Shown here: positions 7,967 through 19,307 of the stretch, one piece after another | How the letters are laid out: each line of letters starts with the position of its first letter | Numbering within the stretch: position 1 is the first letter of the stretch | Assembly (NCBI GenBank): GCA_964548815.1 | Contig: CAZJSD010000002.1 | Span: 1 to 63,039 of the forward strand | Source: an uncultured Muribaculaceae bacterium | Lineage (GTDB): Bacteria > Bacillota_I > Bacilli_A > RF39 > UBA660 | Reading direction: 5' to 3' | Length of the DNA stretch: 63,039 nt | The notes under the pieces: generated by a model | The model's input: the letters and a program-made list of their open reading frames with translations, nothing else | What the model was told of the DNA's origin: nothing | Database searches by the model: none | Position numbers and translations under genes: made by a program

Positions 7967-8977
7967 TTATTTTAATTTATTTTTTTGATAATTCCATCCA
8001 TCTCTACACATATCTTCTAAAGTTTTAGTTGCTTTAAATCCTAATTCTTGTTTTGCTTTAGTAGGATCTGAATAACACATTGCTATATCTCCTGGTCTTC
8101 TAGAAACAATCTTATATGGAACATCTACATTATTTACTTTTTTAAATGTTTCTATCATTTCTAAGACACTATAACCTTTACCTGTTCCTAAATTATAAAT
8201 AAATATTCCATTACCTTCTTTATTTAATTTATCTAACGCAAGTAAATGACCTTTCGCTAAATCTACAACATGTATATAATCTCTTACACCAGTACCATCT
8301 TTAGTATCATAATTATTACCAAATACTGATAATTCTGGAAGAATACCAGCTGCAACTTTTGTTATAAATGGCATTAAATTATTAGGAATTCCTTTTGGAT
8401 CTTCCCCAATTAGGCCTGATTCATGAGCTCCAACTGGATTAAAATATCTAAGTATACATATATCCCATGTATTATCTGAATTGTATAAATCTTTTAATAT
8501 TTGTTCTATAAATAGTTTTGTAGTACCGTATGGATTTGTTGTTCCACCTATTTTACATTCTTCTGTAATAGGTATTACTTCAGGATCTCCATATACAGTT
8601 GCACTACTAGAAAAAACAAATTTCTTAACATTATATTTTTTCATTGTTTCAAGAAGAATAACCGCTCCTCCTATATTATTATGATAATACTCGAGTGGTT
8701 TTTCTACTGACTCACCTACTGCCTTAAAACCTGCAAAATTAATAACTGAATCTATTTCATTTTCCTCAAAAACTTTCTCTAATTCTTTCTTATCAAGATA
8801 GTTTATTTCATAGAACTTGAAATCTTTATTAGTAATCTTTTTAATGTTTTTTAGTACTTCTTTATTACTATTAGAAAAATTATCTATTATTACTACTTCT
8901 TCTCCTTTTTCAAGTAATTCAACTACAGTATGTGAACCAATATAACCAGCACCACCAGTTACCAATACCTTACTCAT
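7967..8977 (-). CDS. galE: UDP-glucose 4-epimerase
   Basis: 336 aa with VTGGAGYIGSH Rossmann motif, YGTTK (YxxxK) catalytic motif and typical GalE C-terminus. Confidence 0.85.
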   Translation of the reverse strand: MSKVLVTGGAGYIGSHTVVELLEKGEEVVIIDNFSNSNKEVLKNIKKITNKDFKFYEINYLDKKELEKVFEENEIDSVINFAGFKAVGESVEKPLEYYHNNIGGAVILLETMKKYNVKKFVFSSSATVYGDPEVIPITEECKIGGTTNPYGTTKLFIEQILKDLYNSDNTWDICILRYFNPVGAHESGLIGEDPKGIPNNLMPFITKVAAGILPELSVFGNNYDTKDGTGVRDYIHVVDLAKGHLLALDKLNKEGNGIFIYNLGTGKGYSVLEMIETFKKVNNVDVPYKIVSRRPGDIAMCYSDPTKAKQELGFKATKTLEDMCRDGWNYQKNKLK

Positions 8978-8986
8978 AAATCCTCC

Positions 8987-10153
8987 CTAATCTCTTGAAT
9001 ATAGATCTCTTGTATAAACTTTAGATTTAACTTTTTCTATTTCTTCATCTATTCTATTTGCTATTATTATATCAGAAATATCATTAAATAATTTTAAATC
9101 ATGAACAACTTCTATTCCTTCAAATGAATTTTCCAAAATAGTAGGTTCATATATAACAACATTTATATCTCGTTCTTTTAATATTTTAACAACACTTAAT
9201 ATAGCTGAAGATCTAAAATTATCTGATCCACTTTTCATAGTTAATCTATATACTCCAACTACATTAGGATTTCTTCTTTCTATCATATCCGCAATATGAT
9301 ATTTTCTTGTATCATTACTCTTTACAATTGCTTCAATCATATTTTGAGGAATTTCATTATAATTAGCTAGCAGTTGTTTAGTATCTTTTGGTAAACAATA
9401 TCCACCATAACCAAATGAAGGATTATTATATTGTTCACCTATTCTAGGATCTAAACATACGCCTTCAATTATATCCTTTGTATTTAATCCTTTTAATTCA
9501 GCATAAGTATCTAATTCATTAAAATAACTTACTCTTAATGCCAAATATGTATTTGCAAAAAGTTTTACTGCTTCTGCTTCAGTGGAATTCATATATTTGA
9601 TAGGAACATCTTTTTTTAATGAAGCATTTTTTAATAGGTTGGCAAACTCTTTTGCCCTTTCTGATTTTTCGCCAACTATTATTCTTGATGGATATAGATT
9701 ATCATATAGTGCCTTTCCTTCTCTCAAAAATTCTGGTGAAAACATTATATTATCTAAATTATATTTTTCTTTGACTGACTCTATAAATCCAACTGGTACA
9801 GTAGATTTAACTACCATAGTTGTATCTATATTCATAGATTTAACTTTCATAATTATATCTTCAACTGAAGATGTATCAAAGAAATTCATTTCATCATCAT
9901 AATTAGTTGGTGTACTAATAATTATAAACTTTGCATTTTCAAAGGCTTCTTTATAATCAAGTGTTGCTCTTAAATTTAAAGTTTTCTCTTTGAAATACTT
10001 CTCTATATATTCATCTTTAATAGGAGATATTCCTTTATTAATCATATTCACTTTTTTCTCAATTACGTCAAGTGCAACCACTTCATTATTTTGACTTAAT
10101 AGAGTCGCTAAGCTTAATCCAACATATCCTGTACCTGCTACTGCAATTTTCAT
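8987..10153 (-). CDS. ugd: UDP-glucose 6-dehydrogenase
   Basis: 388 aa with [17 protein letters not shown]-binding motif and [11 protein letters not shown] catalytic-cysteine motif. Confidence 0.85.
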   Translation of the reverse strand: MKIAVAGTGYVGLSLATLLSQNNEVVALDVIEKKVNMINKGISPIKDEYIEKYFKEKTLNLRATLDYKEAFENAKFIIISTPTNYDDEMNFFDTSSVEDIIMKVKSMNIDTTMVVKSTVPVGFIESVKEKYNLDNIMFSPEFLREGKALYDNLYPSRIIVGEKSERAKEFANLLKNASLKKDVPIKYMNSTEAEAVKLFANTYLALRVSYFNELDTYAELKGLNTKDIIEGVCLDPRIGEQYNNPSFGYGGYCLPKDTKQLLANYNEIPQNMIEAIVKSNDTRKYHIADMIERRNPNVVGVYRLTMKSGSDNFRSSAILSVVKILKERDINVVIYEPTILENSFEGIEVVHDLKLFNDISDIIIANRIDEEIEKVKSKVYTRDLYSRD

Positions 10154-10176
10154 AAAACATCACTCCTGAATAATTA

Positions 10177-11016
10177 TTAATTATCAAATCTATACTTCCC
10201 TATTATTCCTTTTTTATAATCTTTTACACCTCTAAATATATTTCTTATTTTTCTATATTTATCTTTTTCAAACATTATTATTCTAAATATTCTTAATTTT
10301 AAATGAGTTAAAACTTCACAGTATTCTGGTGCGATATCATAATATTCTTTTCTTATGTATCTATAATTTCTAGCAATATAATATTGCCTTAAGTAATTAT
10401 GATTAGTACATAAGAATGTTTTTCCTAAAAATCTATGATATTCTATATCACCTAAATCATGATCTATTTCAACATCATTAAACCTTACAATTCTATATCC
10501 ATGTTTTTTTAATCTTAAACAGTATTCAATATCTATTCCATCAATAAAGAAATCTTCATTATATCCACCAATTTCTTTATAAATATTCAAATTAACAAGA
10601 TTCCCAGATGTCATTACTTGTAGAGGATAATCAATAACATCTTTACTCTTTATAATATCCAACTTTGTATTATGCCATGGGACTAGTATTCCATCTTTTG
10701 AATAGTCATTATTTTTTATATAGTCCTTCATTCTATTAATAACTCCAGATTTAAATTTCGTATCTTGGTCCATAGTCAAAATCCAATTATATTTTTCTTT
10801 AATAGCCTTAGAACAAGCCATATTTAAGGCCTTCGCAACACCTATATTTTCATTATTAAAAATATAATTTATCTTTTTACTTTCAGGTATCTCATTCTTA
10901 CAATCTGAATTATCTATTACATATAATAAGTCTATATCATCTAAATAAGTTTTAATATTATCAATATAACCATCATCAGGATTATATAATACAACTACTC
11001 CCGCTATTCTTTCCAT
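10177..11016 (-). CDS. Glycosyltransferase family 2 (rhamnosyltransferase-like)
   Basis: GVVVLYNPD N-terminus, TMDQD (DxD) motif, 279 aa soluble GT-A architecture. Confidence 0.7.
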   Translation of the reverse strand: MERIAGVVVLYNPDDGYIDNIKTYLDDIDLLYVIDNSDCKNEIPESKKINYIFNNENIGVAKALNMACSKAIKEKYNWILTMDQDTKFKSGVINRMKDYIKNNDYSKDGILVPWHNTKLDIIKSKDVIDYPLQVMTSGNLVNLNIYKEIGGYNEDFFIDGIDIEYCLRLKKHGYRIVRFNDVEIDHDLGDIEYHRFLGKTFLCTNHNYLRQYYIARNYRYIRKEYYDIAPEYCEVLTHLKLRIFRIIMFEKDKYRKIRNIFRGVKDYKKGIIGKYRFDN

Positions 11017-11786
11017 TATACTTCCTCTGCAAATCCTTTTTCTAATTTTTTAAATATTAAAGTACCAATTAATAATACTCCTAAACTAAATAGGAATACT
11101 ATTCCTAATGCTTCAAAATTAGGAGCAGTTTTATAATAGAAAATATCTCTATATGAACCTATTATTGTTGTTAATGGATTTAAATTTAATAACCATTTGA
11201 ACTTTCCAAACATATCTACTGAATATAATATAGGTGTACCATAAAATAACATTTGAACAAAGAAATTAACTATATATTCTAAATCTCTAACATACACATC
11301 AATCGATGAAACTATCATAAATAGACCTAATTGAAGAATATATTGAACAACTAGTATTAATGGTAAATATATTAAATTAATACTAAAACCAATTCCACTA
11401 AAAAATACAAAAGCAAGTATTATTACACATGATATTAAGAAATTAATTAAACCACTTGTTACTACAGAAATAGATAATATTTCCCTCGGAAAATATACTT
11501 TCTTTATTATTCCGCCATTTATTAAATATGTATTTGTCATAGACATAGTGTTAGTAAACCATGTCCATGGCAATACACCAATAATAACGAAAACTACATA
11601 GTGTTCTTGCGTACTACGAAGTAATACAGAAAATATAATTGAATATATAAAAGTTGTTAATAATGGATTTATAAATGACCATAATATACCTAAAAAAGAA
11701 CCCTTATATTTACCTCTAATATCTTTATGTACACTTGTAATTAAAAACTCTCTATATTGAAATAATTCCCTTAACATATTAACCAC
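11016..11786 (-). CDS. ABC-2 type polysaccharide/teichoic-acid export permease (TagG/Wzm-like)
   Basis: 256 aa with about 6 TM helices. It overlaps the ATPase gene upstream and a GT gene downstream. Confidence 0.75.
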   Translation of the reverse strand: MVNMLRELFQYREFLITSVHKDIRGKYKGSFLGILWSFINPLLTTFIYSIIFSVLLRSTQEHYVVFVIIGVLPWTWFTNTMSMTNTYLINGGIIKKVYFPREILSISVVTSGLINFLISCVIILAFVFFSGIGFSINLIYLPLILVVQYILQLGLFMIVSSIDVYVRDLEYIVNFFVQMLFYGTPILYSVDMFGKFKWLLNLNPLTTIIGSYRDIFYYKTAPNFEALGIVFLFSLGVLLIGTLIFKKLEKGFAEEV

Positions 11787-12516
11787 ACACCTTCAAATAC
11801 TCTTCAATTACCTTAGATGTTTCTCCATCCATTCTAACTTCACCTTTATTTAACCAAATAGCTCTATTACATAATTTTTTAACTGAACTCAAACTATGTG
11901 AAACTATAACTATAGTTTTATCACTATTCTTTAGTTCATTTAATTTAGCAAAACATTTATCTTGGAAATGTTGATCACCAACTGCTAGTATTTCATCAAT
12001 TAGTAAGATTTCTGCATCTACATTAATTGCAACTGAAAAAGCAAGTCTCATATACATACCAGATGAATAAGTTCTAACAGGTGTGTCTATCGCATCACCA
12101 AGTTCAGAAAACTTAATGATGTCATCTACCCTTGAATCAATTTCTTTTTTAGATAAACCAAAAATTGAAGCATTAAAATAAATGTTTTCTCTTCCAGTAA
12201 AATCTTGATGAAATCCTGCACCTAACTCTAATAAAGAGGTTAGTTTTCCATGAGTAATTACTTTCCCCTTATTTGGATAAATAATTTTAGTCATTAATTT
12301 TAATAAAGTAGATTTTCCCGATCCATTAACACCAATTAAAGCAACTGTTTCACCCTTCTTAATTTCTAAGTTAATATTTTTTAAAACCATATGTCTCTCT
12401 GTTTTTGTTGTTTTCCAAAACACTAATCGTTCTTTTAAAGTGTATGCTTTATCATATACAGCTTTAAAAGATTTAGACATATTCTTAACTTCTATTGCAT
12501 TATCACTACTTTTCAT
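11779..12516 (-). CDS. ABC transporter ATP-binding protein (TagH/Wzt-like, short form)
   Basis: Walker A GVNGSGKST, signature YSSGMYMRL, Walker B LLIDE. Confidence 0.8.
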   Translation of the reverse strand: MKSSDNAIEVKNMSKSFKAVYDKAYTLKERLVFWKTTKTERHMVLKNINLEIKKGETVALIGVNGSGKSTLLKLMTKIIYPNKGKVITHGKLTSLLELGAGFHQDFTGRENIYFNASIFGLSKKEIDSRVDDIIKFSELGDAIDTPVRTYSSGMYMRLAFSVAINVDAEILLIDEILAVGDQHFQDKCFAKLNELKNSDKTIVIVSHSLSSVKKLCNRAIWLNKGEVRMDGETSKVIEEYLKVCG

Positions 12517-12545
12517 AAAAACTCCCTTCTACTATTAGTAATATA

Positions 12546-14699
12546 TTATTCATACAAATTTATTATCTCTTTTTCAATTTTATCCCATTCACGAGATTTA
12601 GCAGTTTTAAGTCCACCATTAATTAATTTTTTTCGTAATTTAGCATCAGAACTTATTTTTTCAATTTTTTCAACAGCATCTTCTATGTTACCTTGTTCAT
12701 ATAATAAACAATTTTCATTATCTCTTAAGTATTCTATATTCCCATCGTTAGGGGCCACAACTGCTATTCCTCCTGTTGCCATCATTTCTAATGGTGGATA
12801 AGAAAAACTTTCTAGTATACTAGACTTAATTAGTATATCTGCACTATTATATATTTTTCCAACTTCATCATAGGGAACTTTATGTAAGAATTCATCAACA
12901 TAGTACCATTTTTTTGGTTCACCTTGATATGATAAATACTTTATTTCATATTTACTTTTGTCTAATTTTTCTACTATTTTAAAACTCTCATCGACATTCT
13001 TATAATAATCTGAACTATTACCTTCAACAAGTATTCTTATTTTTTTATCAAAACTTCTTTTAGTAACAGGAAATTGTTCTAATTTTATTCCATTTGGTGC
13101 ATATTTGCAATCCCTTTCAAAATCATCCTTTAACCAATTTTCACACCATTTAGAGATTGTTATATAACAAACATCATCATATGAATATGTAGAATTAGCA
13201 TTTTGTTTTCCATAACAACCATAATTAATAAAATTAGTTTCAAAGTTTTGCACTAAATAAGACATTTTTCTTTTGTTAGGATATTCTCTAACAAAATATA
13301 AAGTTGACCATAGAGTTGCCACCATATTGTCTATATTACAAATACTTTCAGTCTTAAATCTAGATATTACATTTATTTCACCATCATTATTAATTATATT
13401 TTCTTCAACTTTATCCATATTAATTATAAAAACATCATAGCCATTATTTCTTAAAATATTACAATGCTTAATAACAACATTTACTCCACCAGATATATTT
13501 AATGTAGGTAAAACAAATGCAACTGATTTACTTAGTTTTGATTTAATAAACTTCGTATACTTATAACCTGAATATGTAGTTATATAATTTTTAATAGTTC
13601 TATTAAAAGCTTCTTCTGCAATTTTATTTCTTAATTTCATATCATTAATAAGTTTTTCTAATTTATCAAACCATTCTTTTTCATTGTTTTTAACTAAAAC
13701 TCCATCTACATTATTTCTTATTACTTTAAAAGCCCCTATATCTGAAGCAATTGTTGGAACTTTTACAAGTGCTGCTTCCATCCATTTGTTTTCAGATTTA
13801 GCTTCATTAAATAACGATTCTTCAAGTGGTGCTAAATTAATATCAATAGACGCTATTAACTCAGGTAACTTTTCCCAATCCACAAATGGAGATACTATTA
13901 TTCTCTCTTTATATTTATCTAACTCTTGAGGAATATCTAATATGCCTACCACTTTTAAATAAACATTTTTATACTTATCCATTATTTTAGTTAATACAGG
14001 TAATATCAATTCAAAATCAGGATTATGTGTTATCGAACCACTAAGATACCCTAATACTACTTTATCTTTATCTCTTTTTATTTTTTTACTTGCCTCCAAA
14101 GAATATAAACTCATTCTTTCAGACGCCACATTTCTATTAATATACACATCTTTAACATATTTTTTTAATTCTTTTGCAAGCACTTCTGTAGTAGTAGTTG
14201 CATAATCACATAGTTTTAATGTATCTCCCATTCTCTTTACGCCATCATAATATAAATCTAAATCTTCTTTACTCATAGTCTTTAAATATTTAATAGATTT
14301 AGTGTATTCTTTATCAAAGACTAAATCATCTATATCATAAAATACTGTTTTATTATTATATTTTGCTTTTTCTATAAACTGTTTTACTGTTTCTGTAATT
14401 GGGCACCTAAAAAACACAAATCCTCTATAATACTTTTCTTTATCTAAAGATAGTTGTTCATAGAATACTTGATCTGTACTTATTCCATTAGATTCCAATT
14501 GTTCTCTTTGATGCTCTACTCTATATCTACTTGGATGAGGTAAAGTACAACCATTTATAAAAAGGATATCTTTACATTTTTGTTTATCACCTTTCATTCC
14601 ATTAAAAATATACTTTTTAGTTTTTTTTACTAAATCTTTTACCCCCTCATTTTTTAATGTATTTCTTGTTTTAGATAACAAATAGTTTATTGAATCCAT
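12546..14699 (-). CDS. Large two-domain glycosyltransferase (C-terminal GT4-like domain)
   Basis: About 717 aa. The C-terminal ESFSYPPLEMMATGG matches the GT4 E-x7-E region. The start is placed at MDSINY, 4 nt after GGAGG; the alternative ATG is at 14711. Confidence 0.65.
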   Translation of the reverse strand: MDSINYLLSKTRNTLKNEGVKDLVKKTKKYIFNGMKGDKQKCKDILFINGCTLPHPSRYRVEHQREQLESNGISTDQVFYEQLSLDKEKYYRGFVFFRCPITETVKQFIEKAKYNNKTVFYDIDDLVFDKEYTKSIKYLKTMSKEDLDLYYDGVKRMGDTLKLCDYATTTTEVLAKELKKYVKDVYINRNVASERMSLYSLEASKKIKRDKDKVVLGYLSGSITHNPDFELILPVLTKIMDKYKNVYLKVVGILDIPQELDKYKERIIVSPFVDWEKLPELIASIDINLAPLEESLFNEAKSENKWMEAALVKVPTIASDIGAFKVIRNNVDGVLVKNNEKEWFDKLEKLINDMKLRNKIAEEAFNRTIKNYITTYSGYKYTKFIKSKLSKSVAFVLPTLNISGGVNVVIKHCNILRNNGYDVFIINMDKVEENIINNDGEINVISRFKTESICNIDNMVATLWSTLYFVREYPNKRKMSYLVQNFETNFINYGCYGKQNANSTYSYDDVCYITISKWCENWLKDDFERDCKYAPNGIKLEQFPVTKRSFDKKIRILVEGNSSDYYKNVDESFKIVEKLDKSKYEIKYLSYQGEPKKWYYVDEFLHKVPYDEVGKIYNSADILIKSSILESFSYPPLEMMATGGIAVVAPNDGNIEYLRDNENCLLYEQGNIEDAVEKIEKISSDAKLRKKLINGGLKTAKSREWDKIEKEIINLYE

Positions 14700-14764
14700 A
14701 AATCCTCCCATAACTTATATATCTATTTAATTATACCATTTTTATATATAAAAAAAAAGAAAAA

Positions 14765-15163
14765 TTATTCCAAAAATAATTTTCTAGTTATAAAATTAAA
14801 TACCATAACAATGGCTGTAGCCACTATTTTAACTATTAAATAACTAATTTTTATTATATCTGTTCCAAACCACATAATTAATTCAGTTAATCCTAATCCA
14901 ATTATACTAAATATTACAAATATAATAAAATTCTTTTGTTTACTTTTATTTTTATCTACATCAAACACCCATTTTACGCTAAGAATATAATTAGCAATTA
15001 CTGATACTGTAAAAGCTATTGCTGCACTTATTAATACATTTAATCCCAATACTTCCTTACATACCACTAAGGTTATATAATCTATTATAAAAGCTATTCC
15101 ACCAACTACGCCAAACCTGATTATTTGTATAAATAATTTATTGTTTTTTAATTTTTCTATCAT
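14765..15163 (-). CDS. GtrA family membrane protein
   Basis: 132 aa, 4 TM helices, RFGVVGGIAFIIDY N-terminal motif typical of GtrA-like proteins. Confidence 0.75.
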   Translation of the reverse strand: MIEKLKNNKLFIQIIRFGVVGGIAFIIDYITLVVCKEVLGLNVLISAAIAFTVSVIANYILSVKWVFDVDKNKSKQKNFIIFVIFSIIGLGLTELIMWFGTDIIKISYLIVKIVATAIVMVFNFITRKLFLE

Positions 15164-16835
15164 ATTTATTCTCCTTTAGAAATTTATTTAATCTATTTTT
15201 TACAAATTTTACAATTATAATTAAGCATATAAATTCTGCAATTTGTAATAATGGATATATTATTGATGTATAATCATATACCTTTCTTATTGATAAAAAT
15301 CTACAAAAGAAAGTTGTACCAAAGAATTGAACAAAACACGTTAATACTAAACCTAAAGTTATCAAAAACATAGAATTAAATGTTTCATCACTTGTTTTCT
15401 TAACTAAATTATAAAAGAATTTTACAATGAACCCACATAAACCTATCAACATTGCAAAGAATAACAAATATCCTAACATGCTATAAATTCTTTTAATACA
15501 GAAACATATTTTAACATAATAACTTGATAATTTATATATTCCTTTGTTAGCGTCTTTGTTTATAGTCTGTGACATTGTAAGTTCATCAAATAAAGCTAAT
15601 TCATTAGTTTCACCAGTTGATGGATATAATCCGACATCAAATCTATCATGAAGTATTAATGAATTAAGTGATTCTCCCATAAAGTTGATATAATCAGGAA
15701 TTTCTTCTTTTGTTATACCTTTAACAACACTGGATATATAAAAATCATTATTCTTTTTTAATTTTTTTGTATCAAACGCGTTTTGTAATTCATTATGTAC
15801 TTTTTTATAAAAATTATTTACCTCTTTTCCACCTTTTTTATATAATCCTGACTCTGCAGCAGCATCCTTGATAACCCAGTAAATAATATCCCCATTTATT
15901 TCTCCATTTTCATCTGTCCAAAAAGAGTTATACTTCTCATCCATTTTTTCTTTTATTAATAACAATGTAGGACTATTATCATAGGCCTTATTCATCATAT
16001 CATTTGTAATCCAATACTTCTTATCTCTGTTTTTCCCTTCAATATGAAGTAAATCGCTTATCATTTCTTTAAAATAAGTCCCACCTCTATCTGTTATTGT
16101 AAATTCTCCATATTTAAAGTAGTTAATAGACTTATAACCAAAACTAATCGCAAAAAGAGAGATAAAAGGGATAATTATCATGATTGCTTTTTTTATTACC
16201 CTATCCTTACTCTTATATACCTTATATATAGTAAAAAGAGCCCCTACACATAAAAGAGGTAATATCCATATTGAGTCTTCTTTTAAAAACCAAAAAAATG
16301 GTAAACAAATTGATAATAAAATTGTATATATTGTTCTTTTTTTATCATTAATATTTAAATATAAACCAATTATTCCAGAAACAACAAGTAATACAAAACT
16401 AATTAGTACTCCACCACGATATACTTTTTGAACATTTTCAACATGTAACATTACAGGAGAAAATAACAAGAATAAATATAAAAATGATAAATAATACTTG
16501 TTTTTTATTATTTTTTTTATTGTTAAAACAAAAACTATTATAGAAAATATATATAATACTATCAACGCTAAATAATAAGGTATACCTAACAAATAATTTG
16601 TTATCAAAAAGAACGGAAATGATATTCCTTTTGCTAAAGTGAATTGATCAAAGCTTCCTAACCAATCAAATGTCAAAAGCGATTTTGCATATCTAACAAA
16701 TAAATAATCATCGTACATTGCATCTGCTTGAAGTTGTAAGGGTATCCTGATGGCAATCATTATTCTAAATAATGTTAATAAACTTAGTAGTATAAACAAG
16801 AATTTATTATTCTTAATTTTATTAATTAACTTCAT
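15138..16835 (-). CDS. Large polytopic membrane protein, GT-C-like candidate glycosyltransferase
   Basis: About 565 aa with many TM helices and an extracytoplasmic loop. It lies adjacent to gtrA. The start is placed at the ATG (MKLINK) with GAGG 8 nt upstream rather than the GTG at 16874. Confidence 0.5.
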   Translation of the reverse strand: MKLINKIKNNKFLFILLSLLTLFRIMIAIRIPLQLQADAMYDDYLFVRYAKSLLTFDWLGSFDQFTLAKGISFPFFLITNYLLGIPYYLALIVLYIFSIIVFVLTIKKIIKNKYYLSFLYLFLLFSPVMLHVENVQKVYRGGVLISFVLLVVSGIIGLYLNINDKKRTIYTILLSICLPFFWFLKEDSIWILPLLCVGALFTIYKVYKSKDRVIKKAIMIIIPFISLFAISFGYKSINYFKYGEFTITDRGGTYFKEMISDLLHIEGKNRDKKYWITNDMMNKAYDNSPTLLLIKEKMDEKYNSFWTDENGEINGDIIYWVIKDAAAESGLYKKGGKEVNNFYKKVHNELQNAFDTKKLKKNNDFYISSVVKGITKEEIPDYINFMGESLNSLILHDRFDVGLYPSTGETNELALFDELTMSQTINKDANKGIYKLSSYYVKICFCIKRIYSMLGYLLFFAMLIGLCGFIVKFFYNLVKKTSDETFNSMFLITLGLVLTCFVQFFGTTFFCRFLSIRKVYDYTSIIYPLLQIAEFICLIIIVKFVKNRLNKFLKENKYDRKIKKQ

Positions 16836-16974
16836 AAACAATACCTCAACTGAATTTTGAATTTTTATATACACTTTAATTATATAATTTTTTTTTAAAA
16901 AAATAAATAGGATTCTTGTAAAAAATAAAGCCCATATGGTGTATAATCACTTGATATATGATATTTATAATAAT

Positions 16975-17003
16975 AAAGGAACTATTATTAAATAGTCCCA
17001 ACA
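16975..17003 (-). terminator. Terminator-like hairpin after the acyltransferase gene
   Basis: Minus strand GGGACUAUU-UAAU-AAUAGUUCC (one mismatch) followed by UUUAUUAUU. Confidence 0.45.
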
Positions 17004-17051
17004 GCTAATATACTATAATATTTTATAAAAAATAAAACTCTAACTATTCTT

Positions 17052-18167
17052 CTAAAAATTTCCAAAGTAATTACTAAGTTTTACTTTTATTCTTTTCACT
17101 ATTTTCAATTTGCCTAGCAAAATAGTTATACCCTTTCTAATATATTCAACAATAATACTAGCAACAAATATAATAATAGCTATAACAATCATTTTAAAAA
17201 AAACTCTACTAGGTGTATTATTAGTTATAGGAGCAAATATCTTTGAATAAAGATTATTATAAACAACCTTGTTTTCATGAACTAAATAAACACCAAATGT
17301 TATTTTTCCAATAGAATTAATTATCTTTGATTTTATATTTAATTCGCCAAAATATAAAAAATAAAAGATAGTTTGAAAGAATAAAAACGGATTGGAATAC
17401 CCTATAATTTGAGAAGTTATTATATCACTAACTCTTCTTAATATCTCGTTATTGCTTGTTGCTAATGACTCTCCAAATTGATAGTTAATAAAATTCAAAA
17501 AAGATGTAAATAAGAATAATACTAAAAATGTAACTCTCAATTTGTTATTAGAAAACTTTTTAAAGCACTCACTTTCTCTAATTGGATACTTTGCAAAATA
17601 AGCTCCTACTATATAGATAAAAATAAAACCTATTATAGTTAAACCGTTATTAGAAAACGCCTTTTGACCAGTTATAAAAGGTATTAAATCAAAACAAATA
17701 AACATAATAATTAGTATATTCTTATGTTCTTTTTTTGTAGTGTGTTCTATAAACTTATTTAATAATGGAGATATTAAATAAAGTATTATATAGTAATTTA
17801 TAAACCAATAATTATTTAAGTTTAAAATAGATGTGTCCTCTAGAATATCTAAAGGGGTTACATATTTATGTAAAACATATATATTTATAATTTCATACGC
17901 TATATTATAAAACAAAACTACGCCGAGCAAATATAGTACCTTTTTATATTTAACTTTTTTGTTATATTGATAATAACCAGTAATCATTACAAATGAATTA
18001 ACATGAACACTTATAAGAATAAACACAAAAGATATTAAATAATGAAAAGTTCCACTAGAATTATTTAATGCATTTGTATGTTGAATTATATGCCATAATA
18101 TAATTAAAAGCATTGATACAATTCTCAGTAATTCATATCTTGAGTCTCTTTCTTTTTTTTCTTTCAT
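17052..18167 (-). CDS. Acyltransferase family 3 membrane protein (polysaccharide O-acyltransferase)
   Basis: 371 aa, about 10 TM helices, N-terminal RDSRYELLRIVSMLLIILWH motif typical of acyltransferase_3 proteins. Confidence 0.7.
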   Translation of the reverse strand: MKEKKERDSRYELLRIVSMLLIILWHIIQHTNALNNSSGTFHYLISFVFILISVHVNSFVMITGYYQYNKKVKYKKVLYLLGVVLFYNIAYEIINIYVLHKYVTPLDILEDTSILNLNNYWFINYYIILYLISPLLNKFIEHTTKKEHKNILIIMFICFDLIPFITGQKAFSNNGLTIIGFIFIYIVGAYFAKYPIRESECFKKFSNNKLRVTFLVLFLFTSFLNFINYQFGESLATSNNEILRRVSDIITSQIIGYSNPFLFFQTIFYFLYFGELNIKSKIINSIGKITFGVYLVHENKVVYNNLYSKIFAPITNNTPSRVFFKMIVIAIIIFVASIIVEYIRKGITILLGKLKIVKRIKVKLSNYFGNF

Positions 18168-18251
18168 CCCATAACCCTCCTTAATATTATTATAACCTAT
18201 TAATGGTAATTATAATATACAGTATTCATATTTTTTCCAAAAAAAAAGAAA

Positions 18252-19238
18252 TTATTTTTCTTTTTTTGTATTTATTAAAATAAACTCGAATAATTGTCTG
18301 TGCTTTTTAACTACAACTTCTAATATTATTCCACATACAAAACTCAAAACAGAAATCATTAACATAAACCCAGAAAATATTAAAGTTGGGAATCTATTAA
18401 CTAAACCAGTTTTAAAATAATCAATAAATACTGGAATTCCAAAACCTAGTGATATTAATAAAAATACAATTCCAAATATTGAAAAAAATACTTGTGGTTT
18501 ATATTCTTTAAATAATCTCGCAATTGTTTTAACAACTTTAATTCCATCACTAATTGTATTAAGTTTAGAAACACTTCCTTCAGGTCTATCTCTATATTGA
18601 ACAGGTATTTCTTTTAACAATAAATTCTTATCAAGGGAATGAATAGTCATTTCAGTTTCAATTTCAAAACCCTTTGATAAAATTGGGAATGTTTTAACAA
18701 AATCATAGCTAAAAGCTCTATATCCAGTCATAATATCCCTAACATTACTTTTAAATAATTTATTAATCAATCCTCTTACTAATACGTTACCGAAATTATG
18801 AAATGGTCTTTTATTTTCTTCAAAATAAGTAGAAGATAATCTATCACCAATAACCATATCTGCTTGACCATTTAGAACATAATAACACATCTCTCTTGCA
18901 TGCTCTGCAGGATATGTATCATCTCCATCAATCATCAAATAACAATCAGCATTAATATCCTTGAACATAGATCTAATAACATTTCCTTTTCCTTGCTTAT
19001 ATTCATATTTAACAATTGCACCTGCTTTTTTTGCAATCTCATCAGTATTATCTTTAGAGTTATTATCATAAACATAAATATCAGCTTCTGGTAACACTTT
19101 TTTATAGTCTTTTACTACTTTTTCAATAGTTAAACTTTCATTATAGCATGGTATTAAAACTGCTATCTTCTTTCCATTAAAACTTTCTTTTGAATAATCC
19201 ACCTTTTTTTCTTCTTGCATTACATCTTTCTTTTTCAT
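18252..19238 (-). CDS. GT2 polyprenyl-phosphate glycosyltransferase (GtrB/CsbB-like)
   Basis: IAVLIPCYNES and YDNNSKDNT motifs, DGDD (DxD), and two C-terminal TM helices. Confidence 0.75.
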   Translation of the reverse strand: MKKKDVMQEEKKVDYSKESFNGKKIAVLIPCYNESLTIEKVVKDYKKVLPEADIYVYDNNSKDNTDEIAKKAGAIVKYEYKQGKGNVIRSMFKDINADCYLMIDGDDTYPAEHAREMCYYVLNGQADMVIGDRLSSTYFEENKRPFHNFGNVLVRGLINKLFKSNVRDIMTGYRAFSYDFVKTFPILSKGFEIETEMTIHSLDKNLLLKEIPVQYRDRPEGSVSKLNTISDGIKVVKTIARLFKEYKPQVFFSIFGIVFLLISLGFGIPVFIDYFKTGLVNRFPTLIFSGFMLMISVLSFVCGIILEVVVKKHRQLFEFILINTKKEK

Positions 19239-19307
19239 AAATCCTCCACTAATTATTACTTATATAATAACAAATTTTTTATTATTTTTCAATAAACGCG
19301 TTAAATT

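Noticed and set aside
8481-8684. Plus-strand ORFs from the track that lie antisense inside minus-strand genes: 8481..8684, 9582..9902, 13684..13929, 16180..16431, 18900..19094, 20255..20473, 22227..22460, 27796..27996, 34092..34346, 34473..34706, 49200..49391, 53112..53327, 55174..55422, 55849..56130, 56616..56798, 56955..57230 and 61239..61451.
   Set aside because: All are fully embedded opposite well-supported genes. They have low-complexity F/L/I/S-rich translations typical of shadow ORFs in AT-rich DNA. They lack SD sequences and match no family.
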